Source: Chitinophagales bacterium (GTDB lineage: Bacteria; Bacteroidota; Bacteroidia; Chitinophagales; Chitinophagaceae). From it: a DNA stretch of 64,000 nucleotides. A program made the position numbers and the translations under genes. Below are positions 39,478-49,259 of the stretch, piece after piece. The stretch lies in the NCBI GenBank assembly GCA_038249665.1, contig JBBSDF010000006.1, positions 17,685 to 81,684 on the forward strand. Direction: 5' to 3'. The notes under the pieces were generated by a model. It was not told the DNA's origin. It saw nothing but the letters and a program-made list of their open reading frames with translations, and did no database searches. Each line of letters starts with the position of its first letter. The first letter of the stretch is position 1.

Positions 39478-40821
39478 ATGTTTAAGCAAAAGCATTTGTT
39501 TTTCTTGTGCACTATTTTGTGCCTGATCGTGAGTACGCAGTTATCTGCACAGGTTCAAACGCCTCGTTACACCGTAGTATCTAACAATTTGAAAGCTTTT
39601 TATGAGTATCTGCCTGCAGGGTATCCCGCAGCCGGGCTAAAATATCCATTGTTGATATTTTTGCATGGAGCTGGTGAAACCGGGCAGGGAACTTCTACTT
39701 CGTTACCATTGGTTTTACGGCACGGACCGCCAAAACTCATCAACAATGGAACCTTTCCTGCAAGTTTTACGGTAAATGGACAAACACGCCGTTTCATCGT
39801 ATTGTCGCCACAGTTTGTAGGGTGGCCAGGTGTTGGAGACATCAACAGTTTGATCAACCTTGCCATGCAGCAATATGCGGTGGATCCCAACAGAATTTAC
39901 CTCACCGGTTTAAGCATGGGCGGCGGAGCAGTGTGGGATTATGCTGGTTTCAGCCCCGTATTTTCTAATAGAATAGCAGCTATCATTCCCATTTGTGGGG
40001 CAAATGGTCCTAATCAAGCCTCAGCCAACAATATGGCTAGCGCCAATATTGCTATTTGGGCTACTCACAACAACGGTGATGGAACCGTTTCGGTTGCAAA
40101 TACCAATTCCTATATTAGTCTCATCAATTCTGCACCTATCCCTCCGAACCCATTGGCCAGAAAAACCATATTTCCGGTTAATGGCCATGATGCATGGAGC
40201 ACCACTTACAACCCTACTTATAAAGAAAACGGTTTGAATGTGTATGAGTGGATGTTGCAATATTCACGTAACCTTAATGTATTGCCGGTTACTGGACTCA
40301 ATTTACAAGTGCAACCAACAGCTACCAAAAAAGTAGCATTGAGTTGGCAAACCATTTCAGAAACCAACAATGCTGGTTTTGAAATTTTAAGGTCTAGCGA
40401 TGGAGCCCAGTTCAGCCAGGCAGGCTATGTAAACAGCAGTTCTGTTAACGGAGAAGGGGCATCTTATAGTTTTGTTGACAATCAACCGCTGGCTGGTAAA
40501 AGTTTTTACCGGCTGAAGATGACAGACAGAACAGGAGAATATTCTTTCAGTGATATCAAAATCATACAACTTAACACTGCTGCAGATATCCAAATTTTCC
40601 CGAACCCGGTAAAAGATATCCTAAGTATTTTATCTGGAAGAAGATTCGAAAATGCGCAATTACGGATCCTAAACGCAACGGGACAAGCACAACTGCAACA
40701 GACTTTGAATGGTAGTGGAAGTTTACCAGTTAATGTGGCTAAACTAACTCCTGGTTTGTATAACCTCGAAATTATAGAACGCAACCGTGATATTGTCCGA
40801 CAGCCTTTTATCAAACAATAA
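39478..40821 (+). CDS. T9SS-secreted alpha/beta hydrolase (predicted peptidase/esterase)
   Basis: FLHGAGE, GLSMGG nucleophile, GHDAW; C-terminal IFPNPV...PGLY T9SS CTD. Confidence 0.8.
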   Translation: MFKQKHLFFLCTILCLIVSTQLSAQVQTPRYTVVSNNLKAFYEYLPAGYPAAGLKYPLLIFLHGAGETGQGTSTSLPLVLRHGPPKLINNGTFPASFTVNGQTRRFIVLSPQFVGWPGVGDINSLINLAMQQYAVDPNRIYLTGLSMGGGAVWDYAGFSPVFSNRIAAIIPICGANGPNQASANNMASANIAIWATHNNGDGTVSVANTNSYISLINSAPIPPNPLARKTIFPVNGHDAWSTTYNPTYKENGLNVYEWMLQYSRNLNVLPVTGLNLQVQPTATKKVALSWQTISETNNAGFEILRSSDGAQFSQAGYVNSSSVNGEGASYSFVDNQPLAGKSFYRLKMTDRTGEYSFSDIKIIQLNTAADIQIFPNPVKDILSILSGRRFENAQLRILNATGQAQLQQTLNGSGSLPVNVAKLTPGLYNLEIIERNRDIVRQPFIKQ

Positions 40822-40825
40822 GCTT

Positions 40826-40863
40826 AAAAAAAGCCGCCGTTAAAAATAACTGGCGGCTTTTTT
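40826..40863. terminator. Bidirectional terminator
   Basis: aaaaaagccgcc...ggcggctttttt between convergent genes. Confidence 0.85.
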
Positions 40864-40939
40864 ACGATTTTTTATACATTTATTTCAGCTATTGTAAAAT
40901 AGGATAGTTTATCCGACTGATCAGCGATTCAACTAAGAT

Positions 40940-41881
40940 TTATTGCGCAATTTTTTTTATTTGATCACCCAATGCATCTACCAATTTACCAGAATTATCA
41001 ATGATCATTTGATTCACAAATTTATTTTTGGAACTTTCTTTTACATTTACAGTAATACTGTATGCACCTTGGCTGTATACGGGTTGCGCATTGTTTCGCT
41101 CTACCATGTGGTAGCCGTAAGAACGGGGAACAATGAAACTCCAGCCATCTAATTTTTTCCCTAAAAGTTGTTCATAATATCCAGAATAACCTGGCACATC
41201 TTTATCAAGTGGTGCTTGTCTTAAGAAAAAATAAAACTTACCTAACTCAATATTTTTAAACAATTGCCCTTGCGGATTTACATAAGAACTGTTGAAAATA
41301 ATCTCAACATCCATATTCAGAAAATTATTATTGCCTGGCACTTTGGCTTTGGCATAATTGAGTTGGAGACTTTTTAGTTTTAACCTGAACACGGAGTTGT
41401 TCAGAATCTCATACGGGTTACTGGCATCCAGTTCAAACTCCGCTGTGAGTGCAGTATCCAACCTGCCATTGTTATCAAATGTTCTTACCAATTTAAACCC
41501 ACTAAATTGAAGTCCAAGCGGATCGAAAGCTCCATCCACCGACAACTGATCGTAGAAATATAAATCAGTTAAGCCGTATTTGTAATCGGCCGTGTATTTT
41601 TTCTGGTCTTTAGCGATCATTTGTTTCACAGCGTTGGTGGCCAACGAAACAGCCCCGCCTACCAAGCCAGTAAGCGGTCCGCGATCGCCCGAACCACGAC
41701 TAGCCATATCAGGTACGGCCTGTTTTTGAAGCGAGGCATATTGAATTACATCGGGTTTCTCCTTGATACTCATATTTACATCTTCCCTCTTTTCTGCAGA
41801 ACCCTGTTTGGATCCTGCACAACCCGCAATAATAATGGCAAGTATAAATGGGAAAGCTACAACGCTACAATTTTGTTTCAT
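40940..41881 (-). CDS. Hypothetical lipoprotein
   Basis: Lipobox IIAG-C21; last gene of the caspase/CHASE2 operon. Confidence 0.7.
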   Translation of the reverse strand: MKQNCSVVAFPFILAIIIAGCAGSKQGSAEKREDVNMSIKEKPDVIQYASLQKQAVPDMASRGSGDRGPLTGLVGGAVSLATNAVKQMIAKDQKKYTADYKYGLTDLYFYDQLSVDGAFDPLGLQFSGFKLVRTFDNNGRLDTALTAEFELDASNPYEILNNSVFRLKLKSLQLNYAKAKVPGNNNFLNMDVEIIFNSSYVNPQGQLFKNIELGKFYFFLRQAPLDKDVPGYSGYYEQLLGKKLDGWSFIVPRSYGYHMVERNNAQPVYSQGAYSITVNVKESSKNKFVNQMIIDNSGKLVDALGDQIKKIAQ

Positions 41882-42743
41882 AAAATGATGATAATGATTG
41901 CTGATAAGTTTGGTTAGAAGGATTAAGTTGAACGGCTTTTTTGTACCAGATCAAAGCTTCTGCATTGAATTTATTTTCTTCCAGTAAAAATGCTTTTGCA
42001 AAAGCCGTTTCAGCTGGAGTGCTTACAGGCAGGTCTTTTAACAGAAAGGAGATTATTTTTTTGTACTCTTTTTGATCCCATATTTTGATATAATTTCTTT
42101 CGCAACTGGTGCCATCTTCTGCAACTATTTGCCAATAGTATATACCAGGTGTTAGTGTTTTAGTCAAAGTGCCTATCTGAATACTATCTGTTAGATTAAC
42201 TTTTTGTTTTATGAGCGCTGCGCCTTCATATAATTCCGGGTAAATAGCCGCATACCCATTGTTATAAAATGTTTTAAAATTAATGAGTAATTTACTGTTG
42301 GTTGAAAGCTGTATGGTATCTGTGTGCATACCATACACTACATCCGTGCAACCTCTGCTAACCGCCCCTACATTTTTCATGAAGTCACCCGGTTTTTTTT
42401 CAGGCTTGCCCACTGTATGCGTCAGTTCATTCCATACGTATTTAAAGTAAGAACTGCTGTAGGATGCACTGGTTTTGAAGCATTGTTGAATTAAAGTAGC
42501 AATGGAATAATTTCCCTTTTTATTAAGTTGAATAATTTTATAATTATTGCAAATCAATACCACACTGGAGGCATCTTTTAAAATCAATACATCTTTTAGA
42601 AACAGTTGGTCGCCCTTTTTTAAAATTTGTTTGCTGTTTGTTTTAGTGATGTTTCCTTTTACATGATACACAATAAAAGAAATATCGTTGGCATTAACAG
42701 ATTGCAACAAAAAACTCAATAAAAAAACATAAATGAATTTCAT
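41865..42743 (-). CDS. Exported protein with FecR-like N-terminus and C-terminal TPR-like repeat (DUF928-like architecture)
   Basis: Signal peptide from ATG 42743; HVKG...LKKGDQL, VGAVSRG, GIYYW, C-terminal AL.WYKKAVQLNP. Confidence 0.55.
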   Translation of the reverse strand: MKFIYVFLLSFLLQSVNANDISFIVYHVKGNITKTNSKQILKKGDQLFLKDVLILKDASSVVLICNNYKIIQLNKKGNYSIATLIQQCFKTSASYSSSYFKYVWNELTHTVGKPEKKPGDFMKNVGAVSRGCTDVVYGMHTDTIQLSTNSKLLINFKTFYNNGYAAIYPELYEGAALIKQKVNLTDSIQIGTLTKTLTPGIYYWQIVAEDGTSCERNYIKIWDQKEYKKIISFLLKDLPVSTPAETAFAKAFLLEENKFNAEALIWYKKAVQLNPSNQTYQQSLSSFYETKL

Positions 42744-42744
42744 A

Positions 42745-43929
42745 TTAATGGTGATGAGCGTTGATGAACAATGAGTGATACCCAAATCTCTTGTGCAACC
42801 ATGCAGTAATGGCTTCATAAAAATACAAGACATCCACCGCCAGGATAATGGCTATAAATGTGGGGGTAAGATTGATCCGAATATCCCATTTGTAATAGAA
42901 CAATAATCCGAGATAAATAAATAAGATCGCAGAAAGCACTTGCGCAATTTTAGCTACAAGGTGAAACCAAATATGTTTTTCTATGAAATAGCTGATGAAA
43001 AGGCTCATGTGCAACCATCCCAACAAAGCCGCAATCATCCAATTGATCCAAGCGGACGAATTCTTGATATAGTCAGCATTTTTTACCATTTGGATAATAT
43101 TAGCATGGATAAAGATACCTTCCATATCTGGAATAGTTTTACCTACCGACTTTTTATTCAACGGGGTAAAATGTTTGTCTTCTAAACTGTATTGACTGCC
43201 AGATATAAAGCCCATCAACACCACTTTGTTTTTAAAAATAGTATGATTGAAATTCGAATCTTTTAAAATTGTTTCTCCATCTACAACAATATAATCATCA
43301 GCGGAGCGGGTATAATTCACTGTTTCTGTAACCTTGTTTCGTTTTTTTAGTGCGTCATAAGCACTTGGATAAGCTTTCTGGGAAACGGCGGCAGCAAAGG
43401 ATTCGTATGTCTCGTCATTGCTTTTATAAAAGGGTGCTACAAATCTGATAGAGCCGCCTTCCTCTCCAACAAAATTTGCGAAGCCTTTGCTGGCTACATT
43501 GTGGTAAAGGAATCCGCTACTGCTCACCTGGTCATCTTCTACTTTCAGATTGTATGCCAAAACGATTTTGTTATCTGTATTGAAAGCAGTTAGCAGTAAA
43601 GAATCTGAAAAAGAATCTTTTGGTTCATTGAATAAAATATCTACCCCAATAACAGCTGGTTTAGCAGCGCTGACAGACTGTATCATCGAGGCTATGGCTG
43701 TTCTGTCTGCTTCTCCGATATTAACAACAACAATACTGGTATCGATAGACGGGTTAGCATTTTTATTAAATTTCGAATACGCGAGATCGTTGTAATCAAA
43801 ATCCTGCAAAGCCATTTTGATCGGATCTAACACGTGGGTGTTTATAGGAATCAGGGCTAGTAAACCCATTACTGCAAATACCATCATGGTAGCAAAAATG
43901 GTATCCCTTTTAAAGAGGTATTTAAACAT
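42745..43929 (-). CDS. Stand-alone CHASE2 domain membrane protein
   Basis: IVVVNI...R..IA, P.VIGVDILF, KNKVVLMG, D.H.TP, EGIFIHANII, followed by 3 TM helices and almost no cytoplasmic tail. Confidence 0.85.
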   Translation of the reverse strand: MFKYLFKRDTIFATMMVFAVMGLLALIPINTHVLDPIKMALQDFDYNDLAYSKFNKNANPSIDTSIVVVNIGEADRTAIASMIQSVSAAKPAVIGVDILFNEPKDSFSDSLLLTAFNTDNKIVLAYNLKVEDDQVSSSGFLYHNVASKGFANFVGEEGGSIRFVAPFYKSNDETYESFAAAVSQKAYPSAYDALKKRNKVTETVNYTRSADDYIVVDGETILKDSNFNHTIFKNKVVLMGFISGSQYSLEDKHFTPLNKKSVGKTIPDMEGIFIHANIIQMVKNADYIKNSSAWINWMIAALLGWLHMSLFISYFIEKHIWFHLVAKIAQVLSAILFIYLGLLFYYKWDIRINLTPTFIAIILAVDVLYFYEAITAWLHKRFGYHSLFINAHHH

Positions 43930-43935
43930 GTGAAT

Positions 43936-46212
43936 TTATTCTGTGGTTCTGAGAACTTTTTTATCAATCGACCAAGTAATAGGTGTTATTACAAGATTAC
44001 GCGTTTTGCTGCCAGTAAACAATAAATCTTCGAGCGGATTGTGTTCTCCTTTGGTGGCGGTATCTGGCCCCCTGGTCAAAACACCTTCCTGATTAAAAAC
44101 TGAAAGGTTACTGATGGCTTGTTCGGAAGTTAGCATAAAGTAATTGTCGGCTCCCGTGGGTGGTGTTATCAGAAAATCTGCCAGGTGTGTTCTACCATCA
44201 GCAACTCCATCAGCATTGGTTACTGGAAAACGGTTTTCTGTATTCCCACTTTCGATAGAAGGGAACAATAAATTGGTGTTGCCTTTGCTGTCTATTGAAA
44301 AAACATAAATATATCTTTTTTTGAAATTGCTTTTCCAACCTCCGTCGGTTTTATCTTCCTGAAAAAATACGGAAAGCGTATCCCCTACTTTTACTTTGCC
44401 GGAGCTAACCTTTCGTTCAGATTCGTAGTAATTAAAATCGAGCTCAAAAGGAAATTTGTTTTGGCCCTTGGGTTCTGTGAGCATCAGCCAATCGCGGATC
44501 TTTGCAATCTTAAAAGCCGATTCAGATAATTTTTCTGCAATACCAGCTGCGCTAGCCGCACCAGCATCATAAGCAATATAATCAGTTCTGGCCGGTAAAC
44601 TTTCGGTGGTATCTTGTAGTGTTACCTGACTTTTCACCAATGCATATTCAGGAACATTAGCTTCGTTTAAAACGCCGATCAAACTGTATTGAGACTCGTT
44701 GGCATTGTTTACAAGTTGGATATTATTGTATGTTTCAAAGCTTTTGGATATTTGCTGATAGAGGGAAATTGTTGGCGGTAAACTTAAAAAAGCAGAACTG
44801 GCATTGCCTAAGCTTGACTGAAATGCAGCCGTTGTAAAACCTGTTTCCATGGCCACTTTCCCCGCTTTTTTATCGTTGTAACTCCATTTTCCATTTTCGA
44901 TATAATAAATCTTATCGGGATTTGCCCTACTGATATCGGTGACCCAATTGATCTTTTTAGAGGCCTTCACAGTTTGATAAGTTTTTGCGAACTCTTTTAA
45001 TTCTTTATCTGTAACGGCTTGTGGAATGTACACTTTAAGAGCTGGAGCTTTGCTGCTGGCCCAACTCACCACTTCGAACAAGGTGCCCGGTAAAATTTTA
45101 TCGCGATTACCAATCACTATTTTAGCCAAACTTCTGTTGGCACCCCGCATTTCAATAATTTGCAACGTATCGTTGTTGTTGGCAAGTTTTACGCCTTCCC
45201 CCAATCCGAAAGCAAACCCTCCCTGCATTTCTATGCCTCTGGCTTCTACGCGACTGCTAGCGACCATGAACCTATTTTTGATACTTCCTTTTGGCAATGC
45301 GAACAACGTTCCATTTTTTCTTTGTTCAGATCCTGCCAATACAGGTTCCTGTGTTTTGCCGTAATATTTCATAATAGCGGTTAAACTATTAAAGATATCG
45401 TTCACTGGCGCGTCGGTAGATTGTTGTTGCAAAGCTTTCAATAGTGCTAGTGTAAATGCTCCGTGGGCTACATTGTTTTCGTCCCGGTGTTCTTTGGCAA
45501 ATTCAAAATCCTGCGCAGCAGAGATGAGCAGGGCCCCCCGCTCTTCCGGACGGGCAGGTTCTGTGGGATCTTTAGCGTCTAAATTACTTCCTTCGATATA
45601 CCTGGCTTTAGGTGGATCATTCAGAAAATTTTCATTACCCCGACCGATAGAGCCACTGTGACAGCTGTCGAAAATAACAGTGAGTAATACTCCATTATCA
45701 ATGAGCTGATTAAAATAAACAGCCAGTTCTTTGTCGCGAATATCAGCCACTCCTTTTCTCCAGGCGTCGGCAGGAACCATAGTTTCATCTTTTTTATCCG
45801 CTTCTTTCGATAAAGAGTTTTTCATTTGACTACCATGACCTGCATAATAAATAAACACCACATCCCCTTTTTTGGCTGTTTGAACCAACTCCTTCAGTTC
45901 CTGAATGATTCTGTCTCTACTGGCTTCTTCGTTAAAAAGAGTTTTGATATCTGTAACTGAAAAGGCATATTTGGCCATTACCAGATCTCGGATAGCGCTG
46001 GCGTCATTCACGCAACCATCTAAATTGGTCCAGCTTCTTTGGCCACTCGTTTCCTTTAGTTCTGCCACGGGAGGCTTGTAGGTATCGATACCAATAATGA
46101 GCGCACGTTTTTTTTCCTGTGCATACAAAGAACCTATACAAAACAGCATCGATACAGTCAGTAGAAAAAAAAATCGACCAGTATTGGACGGGTTAGGTAA
46201 AAATTTATACAT
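43936..46212 (-). CDS. Exported caspase-family (C14) protease with DUF4384-like C-terminus
   Basis: ALIIGID, LDGCVND, YYAGHG (His), FDSCHSG (Cys), GAFT.AL; signal peptide from ATG 46212. Confidence 0.88.
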   Translation of the reverse strand: MYKFLPNPSNTGRFFFLLTVSMLFCIGSLYAQEKKRALIIGIDTYKPPVAELKETSGQRSWTNLDGCVNDASAIRDLVMAKYAFSVTDIKTLFNEEASRDRIIQELKELVQTAKKGDVVFIYYAGHGSQMKNSLSKEADKKDETMVPADAWRKGVADIRDKELAVYFNQLIDNGVLLTVIFDSCHSGSIGRGNENFLNDPPKARYIEGSNLDAKDPTEPARPEERGALLISAAQDFEFAKEHRDENNVAHGAFTLALLKALQQQSTDAPVNDIFNSLTAIMKYYGKTQEPVLAGSEQRKNGTLFALPKGSIKNRFMVASSRVEARGIEMQGGFAFGLGEGVKLANNNDTLQIIEMRGANRSLAKIVIGNRDKILPGTLFEVVSWASSKAPALKVYIPQAVTDKELKEFAKTYQTVKASKKINWVTDISRANPDKIYYIENGKWSYNDKKAGKVAMETGFTTAAFQSSLGNASSAFLSLPPTISLYQQISKSFETYNNIQLVNNANESQYSLIGVLNEANVPEYALVKSQVTLQDTTESLPARTDYIAYDAGAASAAGIAEKLSESAFKIAKIRDWLMLTEPKGQNKFPFELDFNYYESERKVSSGKVKVGDTLSVFFQEDKTDGGWKSNFKKRYIYVFSIDSKGNTNLLFPSIESGNTENRFPVTNADGVADGRTHLADFLITPPTGADNYFMLTSEQAISNLSVFNQEGVLTRGPDTATKGEHNPLEDLLFTGSKTRNLVITPITWSIDKKVLRTTE

Positions 46213-46516
46213 GAAAAATAGTTTGGGTTTATAAACGAAATTTGTTAATGCGATGTTATGTTGAAACAAAAAATCATTTTGGGTTATGAAATCATTTCAG
46301 AACTCCATCTTTGGGCAATAGATGTTGAACTCAAACATTTTTCACAAACTCATTTGATAAATGATACCCAAATATAAAACAAACAAATATACAGCGTATG
46401 GCTAAATACTAACAGGCTCGCATGAACGTTTATCTTAGTAATCGTCCAGCAAAATTTCCTTTTATTGATTTAATATTATAAATTGCTCTAACTAATAAAA
46501 CCAAAATAATCAATCC

Positions 46517-47728
46517 ATGTCAAAATTTCTTATTTTAACAACAGTTGCTTTTTGCATAAGCTTTAGCAGTTTTGCGCAAACCCGTAAAAGCGGTTGTTCA
46601 ACCATTGAAAGTGGTATGAGCGAAAAAATCCCCAACATGCATAAAAATGTTTCTGACACCACTAAAGGTAGGGGTTTAGCAGACAATTACTTTCTTTGGA
46701 CCCAGGGTAGTACTGTAAAGGTAAAATTCTTAAGCGGCAGTAGAGCCCTCAGAACCAAGATGTTTAACTATGCCAAAGAATGGGAAAAATATGCGAATTT
46801 AAAGTTCCAAATGGTTGAAAGTGGAAATGCTGACATCAGGGTTTTCATCGGAAGTGGTAATGGTCACAATTCTTATATTGGAACTGTAGCCCGAAATATT
46901 GATGCAAGAGATGAAACCATGAACCTGGATTCTGCTGATATCGCAAACGACTTTGTATTTATGAAAGGGGTGGTATTACACGAATTCGGACATGCCATTG
47001 GTTTGCTACACGAACACAGCAGCCCGATTTCCGGGATAAACTGGAACAAAGAAAAATTGTATAAAGCCTATGAAGAACAGCAAGGCTGGGACAAAGAAAT
47101 GGTAGATTTTCAAGTGTTTAGAACTTACAATACCTCTTATACCAATGGAAGCAAATACGACCCTAAATCAATCATGCACTACCCTATTTATCCGGAAGAA
47201 ACATTGGATGGTTACTCTGTTGGTTGGAATAATATATTGAGTAAGGGCGATGTCGACATCGTAAAAGCATTATATCCAATGAAGGGCAAAAGACTCAACG
47301 AAGTAACCAGGGTTGAAGTTCAGAATTTTAAAACAGTTTTATTGGAGTCGAACGTTAAAAAAGGCGGTATTTCTCTCTTCCCTACTTTTGACCTGAAATC
47401 TGTAGGAAAAACTGGTCGCGTTAAAATGGTATTCACTTTTTTAGACGCTATGTTCAAATTCCCGTTGTTGGATGAAGATGGTATTTATCAGGAAAATGGA
47501 ACAGTGGCAACTGTAAGAGTTGTGTTAGTTCCTGCTAACAAAGTGATCAAGTATAACCAAAACAACAAAAAAGACTTCGAGTTCTTTCTTCCATTAGATC
47601 AAATACCAGCGTATGCGTTGGAAGAAAATATTTTAGTGGAATTTAAAGTGGTAGTAGAAACAAAAGAAGGTGAAATGAAAAGCATGTACCAATCACAACC
47701 TTTGCAGTTTAAATACGCAAAAAAATAA
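46517..47728 (+). CDS. Exported M12/astacin-like zinc metalloprotease
   Basis: HEFGHAIGLLHEH zinc motif, SIMHY Met-turn, signal peptide. Confidence 0.9.
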   Translation: MSKFLILTTVAFCISFSSFAQTRKSGCSTIESGMSEKIPNMHKNVSDTTKGRGLADNYFLWTQGSTVKVKFLSGSRALRTKMFNYAKEWEKYANLKFQMVESGNADIRVFIGSGNGHNSYIGTVARNIDARDETMNLDSADIANDFVFMKGVVLHEFGHAIGLLHEHSSPISGINWNKEKLYKAYEEQQGWDKEMVDFQVFRTYNTSYTNGSKYDPKSIMHYPIYPEETLDGYSVGWNNILSKGDVDIVKALYPMKGKRLNEVTRVEVQNFKTVLLESNVKKGGISLFPTFDLKSVGKTGRVKMVFTFLDAMFKFPLLDEDGIYQENGTVATVRVVLVPANKVIKYNQNNKKDFEFFLPLDQIPAYALEENILVEFKVVVETKEGEMKSMYQSQPLQFKYAKK

Positions 47729-47752
47729 TTGTATTGCATTAAACTACATCTC

Positions 47753-49186
47753 ATGAAATTTTTATTATTGGTTGTTTCGATATTTATAGCCGGGGGCTTA
47801 CAAGCCCAGCAGTTTCTCATCAAACATGACATTCAAACAAAAAAAACAGGGTATTATAAAGTGAACAATGCTGATACTGTTAAAGTAAAAAACATCGATC
47901 TTAAAAAAAGCGGACGCATCTTGCTGCAGGTAAACAATTACAACCCATTTTATTGGGGTGCAAAAGTAACGGCGTATAAAAATCCTGTAGAAGAAGAAGT
48001 GGGGTATGCTGATGCCTTTAATCCCATCAGTGTTTTGGCGGGAGGCTTAACTAATATCGCTGGCAGTCTGCCAATGCTTGATCTTCCCAAAAGCAGGGGC
48101 GGCTTGAGCAGAGGAGACGTAGATGACGCCACTTTTAATTACCTGAATACCGCTACAAAATATGCAGCCGCTTACGATGAAGTGCTTACGCTTAGCCAAA
48201 AACTGGAGGAATTGCGGATTGCTAAATTACAGTTAACAGAATTGAAGTATGATAACAATAAAACCGAGACGGAGATCAAAGCGGAAGCGCTGAAAACCGT
48301 AAAAAACGTATTGAACACAGAAAATCCTGATCTGACCACCGTTTTGCAAATGGGCAAAAACTTCAGTAGTCGTTTTACCAATTCACTTGATCAGGCGGCT
48401 TCTTTAGCGGGCAATTTAAAAGACCAGGAAAAACTGGTGAATCCTAATGTTGTGTACGAAGAACGTACGTTAAAAGAAATTGGTGATATCACTTCCAGTA
48501 GTTTTCAACGCTTATCGAGAATTAAACTTTTAAACGAAACAAAGCCTGATCAATTAATAGATGAAGTGGCAGCGGTTGCCAAACTGTACAAAGAAATTAA
48601 TTCGGCACATTTTCAATTCTCTTATCTCGTGAGTAACGAAGAAGACATCTCAGATTTAAAACTGGAAGTGTATCCCAAACTGGATTCTTTGAATAAGGAC
48701 ACTGTTATTCAATATTTTAATCTCACAAAAAAACATAATGTAAAAATCAGGAATTCTGTTGGAGTGGCTTTTACTTTTTTTAATGCCAACAACACCAGTT
48801 ACTACATAGGTAACGACAGTGTTATCCGAAGAAGCGACAAAGACTTGTTTACACCGCTCCTATCTACTTTCATCCATTTTTATGCAGGTAAAGTAAAAGG
48901 CGTTAAACTCGGCGGTGCTTTTGGTTTTGGTATTCCATTGCAGGGAGAGAAAAAAGATGTGAACTTCCTGCTGGGACTCACCGCAGCTATCGGAAAAAAT
49001 GAACCCGTTCTACTCACTTTTGGTGCTGCGGGTGCTAAGGTAAATAAACTCACCAATGGACATAAGTTGGGCGATATTACCACCGAAACAGACCCGGCAA
49101 ATTTGGTAAGCGCCGGTTACGGAATTGGCGGATTTATGAGTGTTACCTTTAACCTCAGTAACCTGGGAGTAGGAAGCAAAAAATAA
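47753..49186 (+). CDS. Hypothetical exported protein (helical middle, beta-strand-rich C-terminus)
   Basis: Signal peptide from ATG 47753; alternating hydrophobic strands at the C-terminus. Confidence 0.7.
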   Translation: MKFLLLVVSIFIAGGLQAQQFLIKHDIQTKKTGYYKVNNADTVKVKNIDLKKSGRILLQVNNYNPFYWGAKVTAYKNPVEEEVGYADAFNPISVLAGGLTNIAGSLPMLDLPKSRGGLSRGDVDDATFNYLNTATKYAAAYDEVLTLSQKLEELRIAKLQLTELKYDNNKTETEIKAEALKTVKNVLNTENPDLTTVLQMGKNFSSRFTNSLDQAASLAGNLKDQEKLVNPNVVYEERTLKEIGDITSSSFQRLSRIKLLNETKPDQLIDEVAAVAKLYKEINSAHFQFSYLVSNEEDISDLKLEVYPKLDSLNKDTVIQYFNLTKKHNVKIRNSVGVAFTFFNANNTSYYIGNDSVIRRSDKDLFTPLLSTFIHFYAGKVKGVKLGGAFGFGIPLQGEKKDVNFLLGLTAAIGKNEPVLLTFGAAGAKVNKLTNGHKLGDITTETDPANLVSAGYGIGGFMSVTFNLSNLGVGSKK

Positions 49187-49198
49187 ATACTACTAGTG

Positions 49199-49235
49199 CT
49201 AAAAGAGGATGAACGAACAATTCATCCTCTTTTAG
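49199..49235 (+). terminator. Perfect 15-bp inverted repeat, probable terminator or stabiliser
   Basis: ctaaaagaggatgaa/ttcatcctcttttag. Confidence 0.7.
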
Positions 49236-49259
49236 TTTACGCTCCTTCAATCTATTTTA

